Shown here: positions 28,660-41,417 of the stretch, one piece after another
Layout: the number at the start of each line of letters is the position of its first letter
Position numbering within the stretch: position 1 is the first letter of the stretch
NCBI GenBank assembly: GCA_905182185.1
Contig: CAJJAP010000004.1
Coordinates: 5,773-69,772, forward strand
DNA from: an uncultured Candidatus Poseidoniales archaeon
GTDB lineage: Archaea > Thermoplasmatota > Poseidoniia > Poseidoniales > Poseidoniaceae
Direction of reading: 5' to 3'
Length of the DNA: 64,000 nucleotides
Notes under the pieces: generated by a model
The model's input: only the letters and a program-made list of their open reading frames with translations
What the model was told of the DNA's origin: nothing
The model's database searches: none
Position numbers and translations under genes: made by a program

Positions 28660-29565
28660 TCAATTATTCAAATTATTAATCGCTTCATCCAATTCTATAT
28701 AACCGGATGCTAATGACAATAATATCTCATCTAGATTTGGATTCTGTAATATTTTTTGTTCAAGACCGGACAGCAGGCGTTCACGCCATCTAGCCTTTGA
28801 AGAACGTCCTGTAGACTGCAAAGTAAGCAAAATATCGGAGGCAAATTGGCATCCATCTCCATTCAACGCACAAGTCAATAATACTGGGGGAGATTGTCCA
28901 TCACCCAACTCGAAAGACTCTTTGATCTCGTCAGCATGCTTTCTGGCACCCACAATATCTGATTTATTGACAATTACAGCATCTGCTAATTCTAATAATC
29001 CAGCCTTTTCTGCTTGGATTCCATCACCTCTGGCCGGACCTTCAACAACTACAATTCTATCTGCAATCGCTGCACATCTAACTTCGGACTGTCCTGCGCC
29101 AACCGTTTCGATCACGACTTTATTCCAGCCGAGCGCCAGCAATAGCTGCGCCATATCGGAAACGACTGCTGGGACGCTGCTAGAAGATTTACGAGTAGCA
29201 ACCGAACGAACATAAACCATATCTTTTAGCATAATATCATCGACTACAGACAAGCGAACTCGGTCGCCTAATAATGCTCCACCTGTTCTAGAAGATGAGG
29301 GGTCAACTGCTAGTAATGCAATCTTCTTACCTTGACTTGCCCACTGAGAAATGATTTTGTCCACCAAACATGATTTACCAACACCTGGGGCACCCGTAAT
29401 CGCCATTATATTCCATTCAGATTGCTGAGAAGGATCATTTTCTATTTCACCCAGTAACGATAATGCATCAGCAATATCGAGAGTATTATTTTCAAGCGCT
29501 GATAGAGTTCGTGCTAATGACCTGCGGCAACCGTCTTTTGCGGCTAACACAATGTCGCTATTCAC
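28660..29565 (-). CDS. meaB: MeaB/ArgK GTPase chaperone of methylmalonyl-CoA mutase
   Basis: ITGAPGVGKS, VDPSS..GGALLGDRVR, IETVGAGQSE, GIQAEKAGLLELAD, NKSD. Confidence 0.92.
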   Translation of the reverse strand: MNSDIVLAAKDGCRRSLARTLSALENNTLDIADALSLLGEIENDPSQQSEWNIMAITGAPGVGKSCLVDKIISQWASQGKKIALLAVDPSSSRTGGALLGDRVRLSVVDDIMLKDMVYVRSVATRKSSSSVPAVVSDMAQLLLALGWNKVVIETVGAGQSEVRCAAIADRIVVVEGPARGDGIQAEKAGLLELADAVIVNKSDIVGARKHADEIKESFELGDGQSPPVLLTCALNGDGCQFASDILLTLQSTGRSSKARWRERLLSGLEQKILQNPNLDEILLSLASGYIELDEAINNLNN

Positions 29566-30009
29566 TCAAACACCCTGCCAATACCAATCGCTTGATTCTC
29601 CTACACCGACTTCATCCATTTCGTTTGCAATTTCAATGAAACTAAGTATTTCTGCAGTAGAGGTTCCTGGCCCAAAAATCGCTTTGAGTCCACAAGAGAA
29701 AAGGGCTTGCCTATCGGTTTTAGGAATGATACCTCCAGCGAATACGATCACATCATTCAATCCTGCTTTGCGCAGTTCTTCGCAAACCTTTGGGAATAAA
29801 TGACTATGTGCGCCAGAAAGTGAGGATAACCCAAGGAATGCGGCATCCTCATCACGTACTGTTTCAACTATTTGACTCGCCGTTCTTCGCAATCCAGTAT
29901 AGATTACTTCATGCCCTGCATCTCTTAATGCTCGAGCCACAACCTTAGCTCCACGGTCATGCCCATCAAGACCCGGTTTTGCAACTACTACGCGAATCAT
30001 TGCACCCAT
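29566..30009 (-). CDS. Methylmalonyl-CoA mutase cobalamin-binding subunit
   Basis: AKPGLDGHDRGAKV (DxHxxG), GLSSLSGAH, GGIIP. Confidence 0.93.
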   Translation of the reverse strand: MGAMIRVVVAKPGLDGHDRGAKVVARALRDAGHEVIYTGLRRTASQIVETVRDEDAAFLGLSSLSGAHSHLFPKVCEELRKAGLNDVIVFAGGIIPKTDRQALFSCGLKAIFGPGTSTAEILSFIEIANEMDEVGVGESSDWYWQGV

Positions 30010-30181
30010 GTCAAAACCGAGTAGGGCTTAGCCTATCAATAAAACCCATCCGAAAGGTGCAATCATAGTAGTTTAGGTGTGGATATTAAACTGGCCAAAG
30101 GAGACATACAGGGTACATTTTGACTATATATTGTCGCAACGCATAAGGAGGGAGTTTTCTTAGAGATAATCGGCGAAGCCT

Positions 30182-31736
30182 ATGGCATCCACCGAAGAAC
30201 GACTCAAAGACCTGCGTAATCGTAAGGCAAGAAGTGAAGCAGGTGGCGGTCAAGCACGTGTTGATTCTCAACATAATCGTGGTAAAATGACTGCTCGTGA
30301 GCGCATGGAATTACTTCTCGATGATGGTTCATTCCAAGAAATGGATGCTCTTGTTGAGCACCGATGTAAAGATTTTGGAATGGAGAAAAATATTATTCCA
30401 GGTGATGGAGTAGTAACTGGCCATGGAACAATAAATGGACGCGAAGTATTTGCATTTGCTCAAGACTTCACCGTTTATGGTGGTTCACTAGGAGAAATGC
30501 ATGGCCTGAAAATCTGTAAAGTATTGGATATGGCTCTAAAAACAGGTAGACCTGTTATTGGAATGAATGATTCTGGAGGAGCTCGAATACAAGAGGGAGT
30601 AGCTAGTCTAGGAAGTTATGCTGAAATCTTTTTCAGAAATGTAAGATCCTCTGGAGTCATCCCTCAAATCTCGGTGATAATGGGGCCATGTGCTGGTGGT
30701 GCAGTATATTCACCAGCGATAACAGACTTCGTAATAATGGTCGACAAAACTGCACATATGTTTATCACTGGACCTGAGGTTATCAAGACGGTAACAAATG
30801 AAGAAGTTTCTTTTGAAGACCTCGGAGGTGCGATGACGCATGGTAGTAAATCGGGAGTATCACATTTCACAGCAGTAAGTGATGAAGAAGCAATACAACT
30901 GGCAAGAGAACTAGCAGATTTACTTCCTCAGAATAATATGGAAAAGCCACCGATTAGAAAAACATCTGATCCAAAAGATCGGATATGTGAGAAATTGGAT
31001 ACTATTATTCCAACAGAATCCAACAAACCCTACGATGTAATTGATGTAATCAATGAAATCGTTGATGATGGAGCATTCTTAGAAGTTCAGGCAGATTGGG
31101 CAAAGAATATCGTAATCGGTTTTTCACACTTAGGTGGAAATACAATTGGTGTTGTCGCAAATCAACCAAAATTCCTTGCAGGTTGCTTGGATATTGATGC
31201 GAGTGACAAAGCCGCAAGATTTGTAAGGTTTCTGTGATGCTTTCAATATCCCAATTCTAACTTTGGAAGATGTCCCTGGTTTCTTGCCAGGTACTAGCCA
31301 GGAATGGGGTGGTATTATTCGACACGGTGCAAAATTATTGTATGCATATGCAGAGGCAACTGTGCCTTTGTTGACAGTGATATTGAGAAAGGCTTACGGG
31401 GGTGCGTACGACGTTATGTCCAGCAAACATATCCGTGGCGACTACAATGTTGCATGGCCGAATGCTGAACTAGCGGTCATGGGTGCTGATGGTGCTGTAG
31501 AAATTATTCATCGTAGGCGTATCGCAAATTCGCGTAATGCAGAAGAAGAGAGAACGAGATTAACCGAAGATTTCAACGATACTTTCGCAAATCCATACAA
31601 GGCTGCAGCTCTGGGATATCTAGATGATGTCATCGAACCTAGTGAGACTCGAAGTAAGTTGATTCGTTCTCTTGAGATGCTAATGGATAAAGAAGAATTA
31701 AGACCAGCAAGAAAGCATGGTAATATTCCACTTTGA
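30182..31736 (+). CDS. pccB: Acyl-CoA carboxylase/decarboxylase carboxyltransferase subunit (PccB/MmdA family), +1 frameshift near 31230
   Basis: [36 protein letters not shown]. Removing one T from AGGTTTCTGTGAT restores RFCDAFNIP and joins the two ORFs. Confidence 0.9.
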
Positions 31737-31748
31737 GGAGGTTTTGAT

Positions 31749-31943
31749 ATGACTAAAACAGATCAACAAACTCTGAGAATGGCCGCAATTGCTGGAGTTT
31801 TGGCTATGATTCAATCTCAAGGAGATGACCCCGGACAAATCGCAAGGAATCCTGGTATGCCTTGGTCACAAGACCATAGAAGAATGTTTTCTGGAAAATC
31901 TTCATTATTAAATCACAGAGCTAGTCGCTCACCATGGAAGTGA
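31749..31943 (+). CDS. Small accessory subunit of an acyl-CoA carboxylase (epsilon/PccX/delta-like)
   Basis: 64 aa with AAIAGVL and W..DHRR motifs; lies between the carboxyltransferase and the biotin carrier; GAGGAGG RBS. Confidence 0.5.
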   Translation: MTKTDQQTLRMAAIAGVLAMIQSQGDDPGQIARNPGMPWSQDHRRMFSGKSSLLNHRASRSPWK

Positions 31944-31947
31944 AATT

Positions 31948-32358
31948 ATGTCTGAGACAAGAAAGGTCATCATTGATGGAACTGAATTTGAAGTTGAAAT
32001 CGAAGGCGAAGGCACTACCTTTTCTGCAACCGTTGAAGGTAGGACTTTTGAAATTCAAATACCAGATGCAGCACCTGTGATTAAGAAAAAGCGCAGTGCT
32101 GGTGGAAAGAAAAAGAAATCAGGAACTGTTACCTCCAGCATTCCAGGAAAAATAGTAACCGTTGAAGTAAAGAAAGGTGACGAAGTTACTGAAGGCCAGG
32201 TCGTATTGATCTTAGAAGCGATGAAAATGCAGAATGAAGTTCAAGCACCAGTTACTGGAACTGTGATATCAGTAAATATATCTGAAGGCGATGCTATTGA
32301 AGCAAATATACCTCTTCTTGTGATTGAGCCTGTTGCTACCGAGGAAGATTCCGAATAA
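31948..32358 (+). CDS. Biotin carboxyl carrier protein
   Basis: ILEAMKMQNEV biotinylation motif; N-terminal KVIIDGTEFEVEI; Lys-rich linker. Confidence 0.93.
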   Translation: MSETRKVIIDGTEFEVEIEGEGTTFSATVEGRTFEIQIPDAAPVIKKKRSAGGKKKKSGTVTSSIPGKIVTVEVKKGDEVTEGQVVLILEAMKMQNEVQAPVTGTVISVNISEGDAIEANIPLLVIEPVATEEDSE

Positions 32359-32454
32359 GTTGTAATTATACTCTAACCTCGCGCCCTTGCAAAAAAGTGG
32401 CATTTTTTAACATTAATACAATAGTTAAAGTGAGTCCTATGTCAGCGCTATACC

Positions 32455-32694
32455 ATGGCGGAGACTGCAGTCTGTGATTTACCTGGTTGTGGAGATGAAG
32501 GAGTTATTGTTTCCCGCCTTTCCCCCGAAGGATATCTCGTTGCAACTGGCAAAAAAGCCTATTCATTTAGAGAGGCATATCGCCGTTTCCATTACTGTCA
32601 AAATCATCATGATGAATTGATGAGCGGAGTTTGGTCAAGGGTTAGAACTCCTGAAGATAAGAAAGAAGGGCATGTTGCACCGACTGCGATTTGA
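32455..32694 (+). CDS. Small hypothetical protein, possible Zn finger
   Basis: 79 aa with CDLPGC and YCQNHH. Confidence 0.5.
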   Translation: MAETAVCDLPGCGDEGVIVSRLSPEGYLVATGKKAYSFREAYRRFHYCQNHHDELMSGVWSRVRTPEDKKEGHVAPTAI

Positions 32695-32766
32695 GCAAAA
32701 AGTGCTATTTTAGAGTGACTCTCTCCCCTACATGACTATGATAAGGGGGTTGTCGTTGCATGGTTC

Positions 32767-35700
32767 ATGCGTGATAATGCAATACCTGCCACATCTGCAA
32801 AAATTAGACCTATACTCGTTGCATTATTGATGCTATTGAGCACCGTTGTAGCCGTTGCTGGCCCCGTTCAAGCAATAGGGCCAAATCAAACCGACTATGG
32901 GTTACAGGTGGCGATTCTACCAGACTACATGTCCACGTATGCTGTCAAACTTTACAGCACCCTTGCTGGATGGCACCTTTAGCGGTACTGACTATGGCCA
33001 GTTAGATGTCAATGATGACGAAGATTGGTTGCAGTCAATCTCTCGGCTCAATGAAGGCGTACCACTTAGCCTCTCATTTCAATACGACATATACTATCTT
33101 CAAATGGTTCAACATATACTAATGATTTTGATCTTGCAGATCTACGATGCAGAATGGAAATCTATGTAGTTTCTAAGTAATCCTGAAATGGTTACTACCA
33201 ATGGTTCACACGCACACATGGACTGTCTATGTCCAGATATCCGTTATTCAGGATATGGACTGGTAGTACTCGATATTATGGACATTCAGTACTTCATCTG
33301 GCAATGGAACGGGCGGAAATGGAACTACGTCTCCATCCAATTGTGTCGGCAACAATACACTTGCTCCGATATTTTAGAGCCTAATGACACTCAAGCAACT
33401 GCCACACAGGCATCTACCTTCCCGGTTTCTTGTACTGGATTGAGTATCCATTCAACCTTAGACGAAGATCTATTTGAGATTCAAATGATTAGTGGTGTCA
33501 CTTACTACACAAATGTTCACTTCCTGCATGCAATGGAGATTTGGATACTCAGATGGGAATCTCTGGCGTATTAGCTGGTTCCAGTTCAACTGTCTGATAA
33601 TGAAGCAATGTCATATACCTCCACGGTCAATCAAACCACATATATCACAGTTTACGGTTGGAGCGGAGCAACCAATACATACGATATTGACATTACTACC
33701 AACCTACCCGGTGGTGGCCAAAGTATGGAAAGTATCGATGTTATGTCCACTGGCCTAACATCTGCAACACTGACCTTTAGCGGATTGAGTATTGGAACTA
33801 CTTACAATTACAATTATTCAAGTGCACAAGTTCTCGATGACGGTACGACATATTGGTCTAATTCTACCAATATGTCATTCAATGCCACAGCAACTACAAT
33901 GGTCTACAATGTGACAGTATCCCAACCTCTGAGTATGGAATCTGAATTCTACATATTAGCATACTTTAAGGATTCAGTTGGTGGCTACATTGCCTATGAT
34001 GATGATTACACATACATAGAGATGGTAGAGATTACTTCTTCTTCCTCTTCAACTGGGGAAATATCGCTAACAAATTTGTCCATTGGTACAGATTACTATC
34101 TAGAATGGTTCGTCTTTGACATCGCCCTATTCAGTAACAATTTTAATGTTTCAATGGATGTCTATGCTGCACTCAATGCATCTACTATTGACACAGATAA
34201 CATGTCTTTCAACGCAACTGCAACCTCTTCTACGACTCAAATAAATTGGACTGGACCAACTACATTGAATGACCATCAATTCGTTGCAATTCTCTCTTTC
34301 AATAATACAGCAACCAATCTTAGCACTGGCAGTGGATGGATCGGTTTCCATTATGAGGGGTTCACTCCACAATTACCAACTTTACTAATTGACAATTATT
34401 CCACAAGCAGTACCTCAACGAACAATGATGTTACAACCAAGGGATATGATTTGGTCACTGGTGATGATTACAAATATCAAATTAGAATTACCGACAGCAG
34501 TGGTGCATCTGTTTCCACTTTGAATTTGACCAACTTTACCGCTACTGCGCCTAACATGAACATGCCATTATTCACTTATTCAACACCAGCAAATAGTGGA
34601 ATTTACTGTATTATCGTAGAATTATTCTCTGATGTTAACGTTCAACTAATTGGCGATTCTGCCTGCTTCTACCTCACTATCGATGACGATAATGATGGTG
34701 TTGCAAACGAAGCAGACAACTGTCCAAATACCCCAACTGGAACAACTGTTGACCAAAACGGTTGTGCTGATTCGCAAAAGGATACTGATGGAGATGGCCA
34801 TAATGACAATCTAGATGCATTCCCTAACGACTCAAGTCAATGGACCGATGCTGATGGTGATGGATATGGAGATAACATGTCTGGAAATAATGGTGATGCA
34901 TTCCCAAGTGACTCGAGCCAATGGTCCGATATTGATGGAGACGGATATGGTGACAATTCTGGTTTAAACAATTCAGATGCATTCCCTAATGACCCAACTC
35001 AGTGGTATGATGCAGATGGAGATGGTTACGGAGATAACTCCGGAGGCAATAATCCAGATGAATACCCACTTGATTCAACTCAATGGAAGGACAGTGATGG
35101 TGATGGATGCGGCGATAATAGTGCAGGCACTAACGGAGATCATTTTCCTAATGACCCAACACAGTGTTCCGATATTGATGGTGATGGCCACGGAGATAAC
35201 GCCAGTGGAACTGACCCTGATGAATTCCCAACCGACGCTACACAATGGAAAGATAGTGATGGTGATGGATATGGTGATAGCCAAACCGGTAACAATCCAG
35301 ATAGATTCCCTTCTGAACTCTACACAATGGAGTGATGCTGATGGTGACGGATATGGTGATAACCAAGCAGGTACCAATCCAGATGCATTCCCAAGCGATG
35401 GAACTCAATGGTCCGATGCTGATGGTGATGGATATGGCGACAACCCTACTGGGGCAAATGCTGATGCATTCCCTTCCGAACCTACACAATGGAGTGATGC
35501 TGACAATGATGGATATGGTGACATTGCAAGTGGCCTCAATGGAGACCAATGCTTAGACACACCCTGCAGGTAGTACTGTCGATGAGAATGGTTGTGCTGA
35601 AAGTCAAAAGGATGATGATTTAGATGGCGTAAATAACGCCATGGATGCTTGTCCGAATTCTCCAGCAGGTTCTCCTGTTGATACTTCAGGATGTGCTGCT

Positions 35701-36864
35701 AGTCAAGAAGACTCAGATGCAGATGGCGTAATGGATGCATATGATGACTGTCCTAGCACAACGCTGGGAGAAACTATTGATGCTGCAGGATGTGCAACTT
35801 CACAACTCGATACTGATTCTGATGGAATAATGGATGATAGAGACCAATGTCCGAACACATCGGCTGGAGCAAATGTCGATGGCTTTGGTTGTGCAAGCGA
35901 TGAAAGAGATACTGATTCCGACTATGTTGTTGATAGCAAAGATATTTGTGAAGGTACTTCTATTCTTGAAGTTGCAGATGCAGATGGTTGTTCAGATTCA
36001 CAAAAGGATGGCGATGGTGACCTCATTGCAGACGATATTGACCAATGCCCACTAACACCACCGGCTGAAAAAGAAGATGTTGATGTAAATGGATGTTCAG
36101 CCTCTCAACGTGACACTGATGGTGATCAGATAATGGATAACACTGATATTTGCCCTGCGACCCCGATTGGTGAGCAACCTGATAACGAAGGATGTGCAGA
36201 TTCACAGAAGGATGAAGATAACGATGACATCTGGAATTCAGATGACCTATGCCCAGATACTGGACTTGGTGAAGGTGTAGATTACAACGGTTGTTCTGAC
36301 CAACAAAAGGATGATGATGATGATGGTATTAGAAATTACCTTGATGATTGTCCGAATACGGTTCCTGGCTGGATTGTAGAAGAAGATGGTTGTGCTTTGA
36401 ACCAAGTTGACAGTGACAAAGACGGAGTAAGTGATGCAGATGATGCATTCCCTAATGATTCAAATGAAACTACCGATACTGATGGAGATGGTGTCCCTGA
36501 CCGCTGGGATTACTACCCAGAAGATTCACTGAAAAACCAGCAAGAAGTTACTGAAGAAAGTGGAAATGCAATGATTTATGCCATCATCGCAATGTTAGTT
36601 ATTGGAATTATTGCTGCTGTAATGTACTTTAAACGTGATTCACTAGTAACTCAATCACCGTTTGAAGTTGCTAATGCAGAACTTGATGTCGCTTCAGAAG
36701 CTGCCTTTTATCAAGCAGATAATGACAAGTCATTACCGGAGATTGTAACACCAAGTGAACCAATTCAATGGGAAGAAGATGGAATACATTGGTCCAAAGA
36801 TCAAAATGATGTATTATCATATTATGATAATGATACTGAATCTTGGCTCCCATACCAATCTTGA
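32767..36864 (+). CDS. Large membrane-anchored surface protein with PPC-like domains and TSP3-like repeats; several frameshifts
   Basis: Signal peptide in 32767..32982; EPND..EDLFEI motif; Thr/Ser-rich region; repeats; C-terminal TM. Removing single extra bases near 35323 (GAACTCT) and 35563 (ACACCCT) rejoins the repeat ORFs. Confidence 0.75.
34844..35550 (+). repeat. About 8-9 tandem 27-aa (81-nt) repeats xDxDGDGYGDNxxGxNxDAFPxDxTQW
   Basis: Read directly from the translation; degenerate at DNA level. Confidence 0.85.
35551..36500 (+). repeat. Tandem about 33-aa Cys-containing repeats CPxTPxGxxVDxxGCxxxQxDxDxDG
   Basis: Read from ORF 35641..36864. Confidence 0.8.
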
Positions 36865-36949
36865 TCATACCAAATAATCACAATAAGTCCGTGATAGTGA
36901 AGTATTGCGTCCAAAGCTTCTTTGTCTGGCCGTCGCAGAGGAGATTGTC

Positions 36950-37519
36950 ATGGAGGGGTTGAGGCGCAGTGAAACTGCAGAATTAGCCCTCGGCGCGTTA
37001 ATCTCTTTCATTGCGATAATGATCACTTCTACAGTACTGGCAGCGGTGACTGCTGTCTAATTGTTCAAACTACTTTCAGCAACTCTCAGGAACATTCATT
37101 AACTCAATCTGAGAATCTAAATGGTATTATTCAAGTTAATCGATTTGAATTATCTGAATATTCAAATCCTGGAAATGATGAACTCTATTTGGTATTTGAA
37201 CTCCCCTATATTCTCAATGAGGTCCCCGATACTGATGTCGTCTGGTCATTGCTATGCGGAAGCGCATCTATGCAATACAATATCTCTCGGGTGATTTTGA
37301 CACGGCGACACTGAGATCTCTGATGACGGGTTGAGCGCAGCAACAAACGATTTTTTCACCAATACTAGAATGTATCATATATTTATTTCAACTTCTGGTG
37401 TTTGTGATATTTCACCTGATTTTTCAGCAGAATTAGTAATTGCAGTAAATGGTGGAAGAACAAAAGTAATACCATTTGATGTTGGTTCAAGCCCCCATAT
37501 TGGGATGGTATTTATTTGA
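36950..37519 (+). CDS. Archaellin/type IV pilin-like protein 1 (frameshifted; mostly missed by the ORF track)
   Basis: MEGLRRSETA/ELALGALISFIAIMITSTVLAAV resembles the archaellin class III signal. Frame breaks near 37055 and 37290-37320; the last segment is ORF 37331..37519. Confidence 0.55.
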
Positions 37520-37528
37520 GGTGATGTT

Positions 37529-38121
37529 TTGAAAAAAGAATATGATAATAATGCACAGTTTGGTATTGGATTAATGATTGTCTTCATGGCCTGTATCCTA
37601 GTTGCAGCAATCTCCAGTGCCGTAATCATTCAGGCAGTAGAGGCATTAGCCCAGCAAACTCAGCACACAGCACACGATGCCAATAAGGAAGCTGCCACAA
37701 AAATGGTAATCCTAAATGCTTGGGTTGAAGATAATTATGACGATTATCTGTTCATGATAGAATATCAATCTGATGGGCAAAGAAGTGGACCCTGGTGATG
37801 TAGATTGGATATTATCATGCACCCACAATGAGTAATTTCTATTATAGAAGTGGTGTACTTGATGACTGGATTTCAGGACCTGGTTCAATTTGGGAGGTAG
37901 GCCAACAACCGAGTACGGTATCAAGTCTTGAATCAGGAAAAAGATATTTCTTCGGTATTGATTCCGGTACAAATTCAAATGTCGGTGGCGCTCAGTGTGG
38001 TCCAAATTGGATTGAGCAAAGAGGAATTACTGCTAATTTCATGATAAATATGCCTGATGGTGGCGTATCAACGCAAATACTCAAGGTCACCGATCTTACC
38101 ATTGGCGCTTCAGTGACATGA
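37529..38121 (+). CDS. Archaellin-like protein 2 (frameshifted)
   Basis: NNA/QFGIGLMIVFMACILVAAISSAVII..LAQQ; GAGGTGA RBS with TTG start; indels near 37776 and 37830 link it to ORF 37828..38121. Confidence 0.75.
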
Positions 38122-38197
38122 ATAAATGAACTATTTCAGTGGTCAGTAAACTGTCTGCCGGCTCAATCTTTATCGCATCTGCAGATGACCGTGATAT

Positions 38198-38599
38198 ATG
38201 TTTGACCTAAATTCATTGACCGTTTTCGAATTAAAACAGCGGCTGAAGAATCAATCTCTTTCAGTTTCTGGAAATAAGTCAGAACTAATCTCTCGGCTTG
38301 AACAACATCAAGCGGAATACCCACCCCCCACTAGTGATGAGAAGTTAGAAAAATTAGCGATAAATTGCCCTTCATGTAATTCTATTCTAAGATACCCACG
38401 TGATTACCATGGTAAATTGAGATGCCCCCCCTGTAGTAGAACTTTCAATCTCTCATCTCCAATAACATCTGGTTCACACATAAAGCCACTTGGTGCATTA
38501 TTATTCGGATCCATCGCATTAGTATTTCTCGCTGTGTTGATTTTTGTATATCTCGTTGTGATTCCAATGAGTTGCATGTGGAGTTATGGTGGGTGCTGA
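38198..38599 (+). CDS. SAP domain + Zn ribbon + C-terminal TM protein
   Basis: LTVFELKQRLKNQSLSVSGNKSELISRL; CPSC and CPPC; hydrophobic tail. Confidence 0.75.
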   Translation: MFDLNSLTVFELKQRLKNQSLSVSGNKSELISRLEQHQAEYPPPTSDEKLEKLAINCPSCNSILRYPRDYHGKLRCPPCSRTFNLSSPITSGSHIKPLGALLFGSIALVFLAVLIFVYLVVIPMSCMWSYGGC

Positions 38600-38722
38600 A
38601 AGCCAGATAATAGAATCCGCGATTAACTTTTTTTTATAGATTCAAGTACCTTCAATGAACGGAAATGAATCGGAAGCGGGTACCCGGATGCCATATATAC
38701 CGAACGTTTCGAAGTAGAAACA

Positions 38723-39340
38723 ATGTCAATAATACCCGAGTACTGGGGTGCCGCAAAACAACATCTGCGTTCAGTTGACACCGTTATTGGCAAACTCATT
38801 GATGATTATGAAGAGCCGCCTTTAAGTTCTAAAGATGAATTGTTTGAGACGCTCATTCATTCGATTGTAGGGCAACAAATTTCGGCGATTGCTGCTGACG
38901 CTATATGGGCTAGAATCGGTCTATTGGTCGAACTTAAAACTCCAAATTCGTATGCTAAGGTTAGCGATCAAGAGTTACGTGATGCTGGTTTGTCCTTCAG
39001 GAAAATAGAATATATCAGAGGAATTGTGGAGTCTTGGCCTCGTCTTTCTTTGATAGACTGGAACAATATATCCGATGAAGAGGTTCGCAGGGAATTGATT
39101 TCTTTACGAGGCATCGGGCCATGGACTGTAGACATGATTTTGATTTTTAATCTACTGAGACCAGATATATTGCCCCTCGGAGATGTTGGTGTTGTAAGGA
39201 TGATTGAGCGTTTTTATGCCAATGGTGAATCATTGGACACTGAAGAGTTGAATAAAGTTGGAAATGTCTGGGCCCCATATCGTACTGTTGCAGTATGGTA
39301 CCTTTGGCGCAGTCTTGACCCCGAACCAGTTGAATACTGA
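38723..39340 (+). CDS. alkA: DNA-3-methyladenine glycosylase (AlkA/HhH-GPD family)
   Basis: SIVGQQIS, HhH LRGIGPWT, LPLGDVG, WAPYRTVAVWYLW. Confidence 0.9.
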   Translation: MSIIPEYWGAAKQHLRSVDTVIGKLIDDYEEPPLSSKDELFETLIHSIVGQQISAIAADAIWARIGLLVELKTPNSYAKVSDQELRDAGLSFRKIEYIRGIVESWPRLSLIDWNNISDEEVRRELISLRGIGPWTVDMILIFNLLRPDILPLGDVGVVRMIERFYANGESLDTEELNKVGNVWAPYRTVAVWYLWRSLDPEPVEY

Positions 39341-39442
39341 ATGATTCATCCTAGTAATTTAGTCTAGCTTACGCACACTTTCGAATTTTTGAAATTACCC
39401 CTCAGTATTTATCAGAGGTATTTAGACAGCGAAGAGACGCTA

Positions 39443-40841
<1,399 letters not shown>

Positions 40842-40967
40842 CTAACCCCTTCTAATAGTTGCCATTAATAGTATACAAAAAATACCGATTTACAATGCCG
40901 CTCAAGAACCACAGTGGCCTTTCCAAACCAGCAAGAATAGTACTATTAGGTGTAATAATTAAACCGT

Positions 40968-41417
40968 TCAGCTGTATGGGCAAATGGTATTGAAACGTTC
41001 TAATCGTTCAAGTCTCCTAGAACCTTTTTCATCAACTTCTTCCATTGCCCGTATTGCTTCTTCGATTAGACAATGTTGATCTTCCTGTAGTCCAATCAAA
41101 TCTCTGAGATGATTCAGCATCTCCCATTCATCTTCACTGATTACTTCATCATCAAGTGCTGCGATCAAAGCACCTTGGTAAGTAGCAACATCTCCGATAT
41201 GATGTCCCGAATAGTCGACTTGGCTTTCTGCGAATGGATCATCCTCTTCACCACGGACAACTGAAAGACAGGATGCTGTATCACTTGGATAGACGCCCAA
41301 GGCATTTGCCAATACGCGTAGTATTGATGCCTCATTATCAGTGACAATTCCATCATCCATTGCAGTTCTAAGTGTATTGATGTAGAGGTATAAACCACGT
41401 GAAGGAGTTAGGGCCAT
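40968..41417 (-). CDS. Hypothetical protein with two TerB-like repeats
   Basis: AMDDGIVTDNEASILRVLANALG and ALDDEVISEDEWEMLNHLRDLIG. Confidence 0.5.
   Translation of the reverse strand: MALTPSRGLYLYINTLRTAMDDGIVTDNEASILRVLANALGVYPSDTASCLSVVRGEEDDPFAESQVDYSGHHIGDVATYQGALIAALDDEVISEDEWEMLNHLRDLIGLQEDQHCLIEEAIRAMEEVDEKGSRRLERLERFNTICPYS

Noticed and set aside
31225-31237. Programmed frameshifting in pccB (likewise gdhA and lipA)
   Set aside because: No slippery heptamer or stimulatory structure seen; single extra bases in many unrelated genes are better explained by sequencing error.
34844-36500. CRISPR array
   Set aside because: The periodicity is in-frame protein repeat with degenerate codons, not identical repeats with unique spacers.
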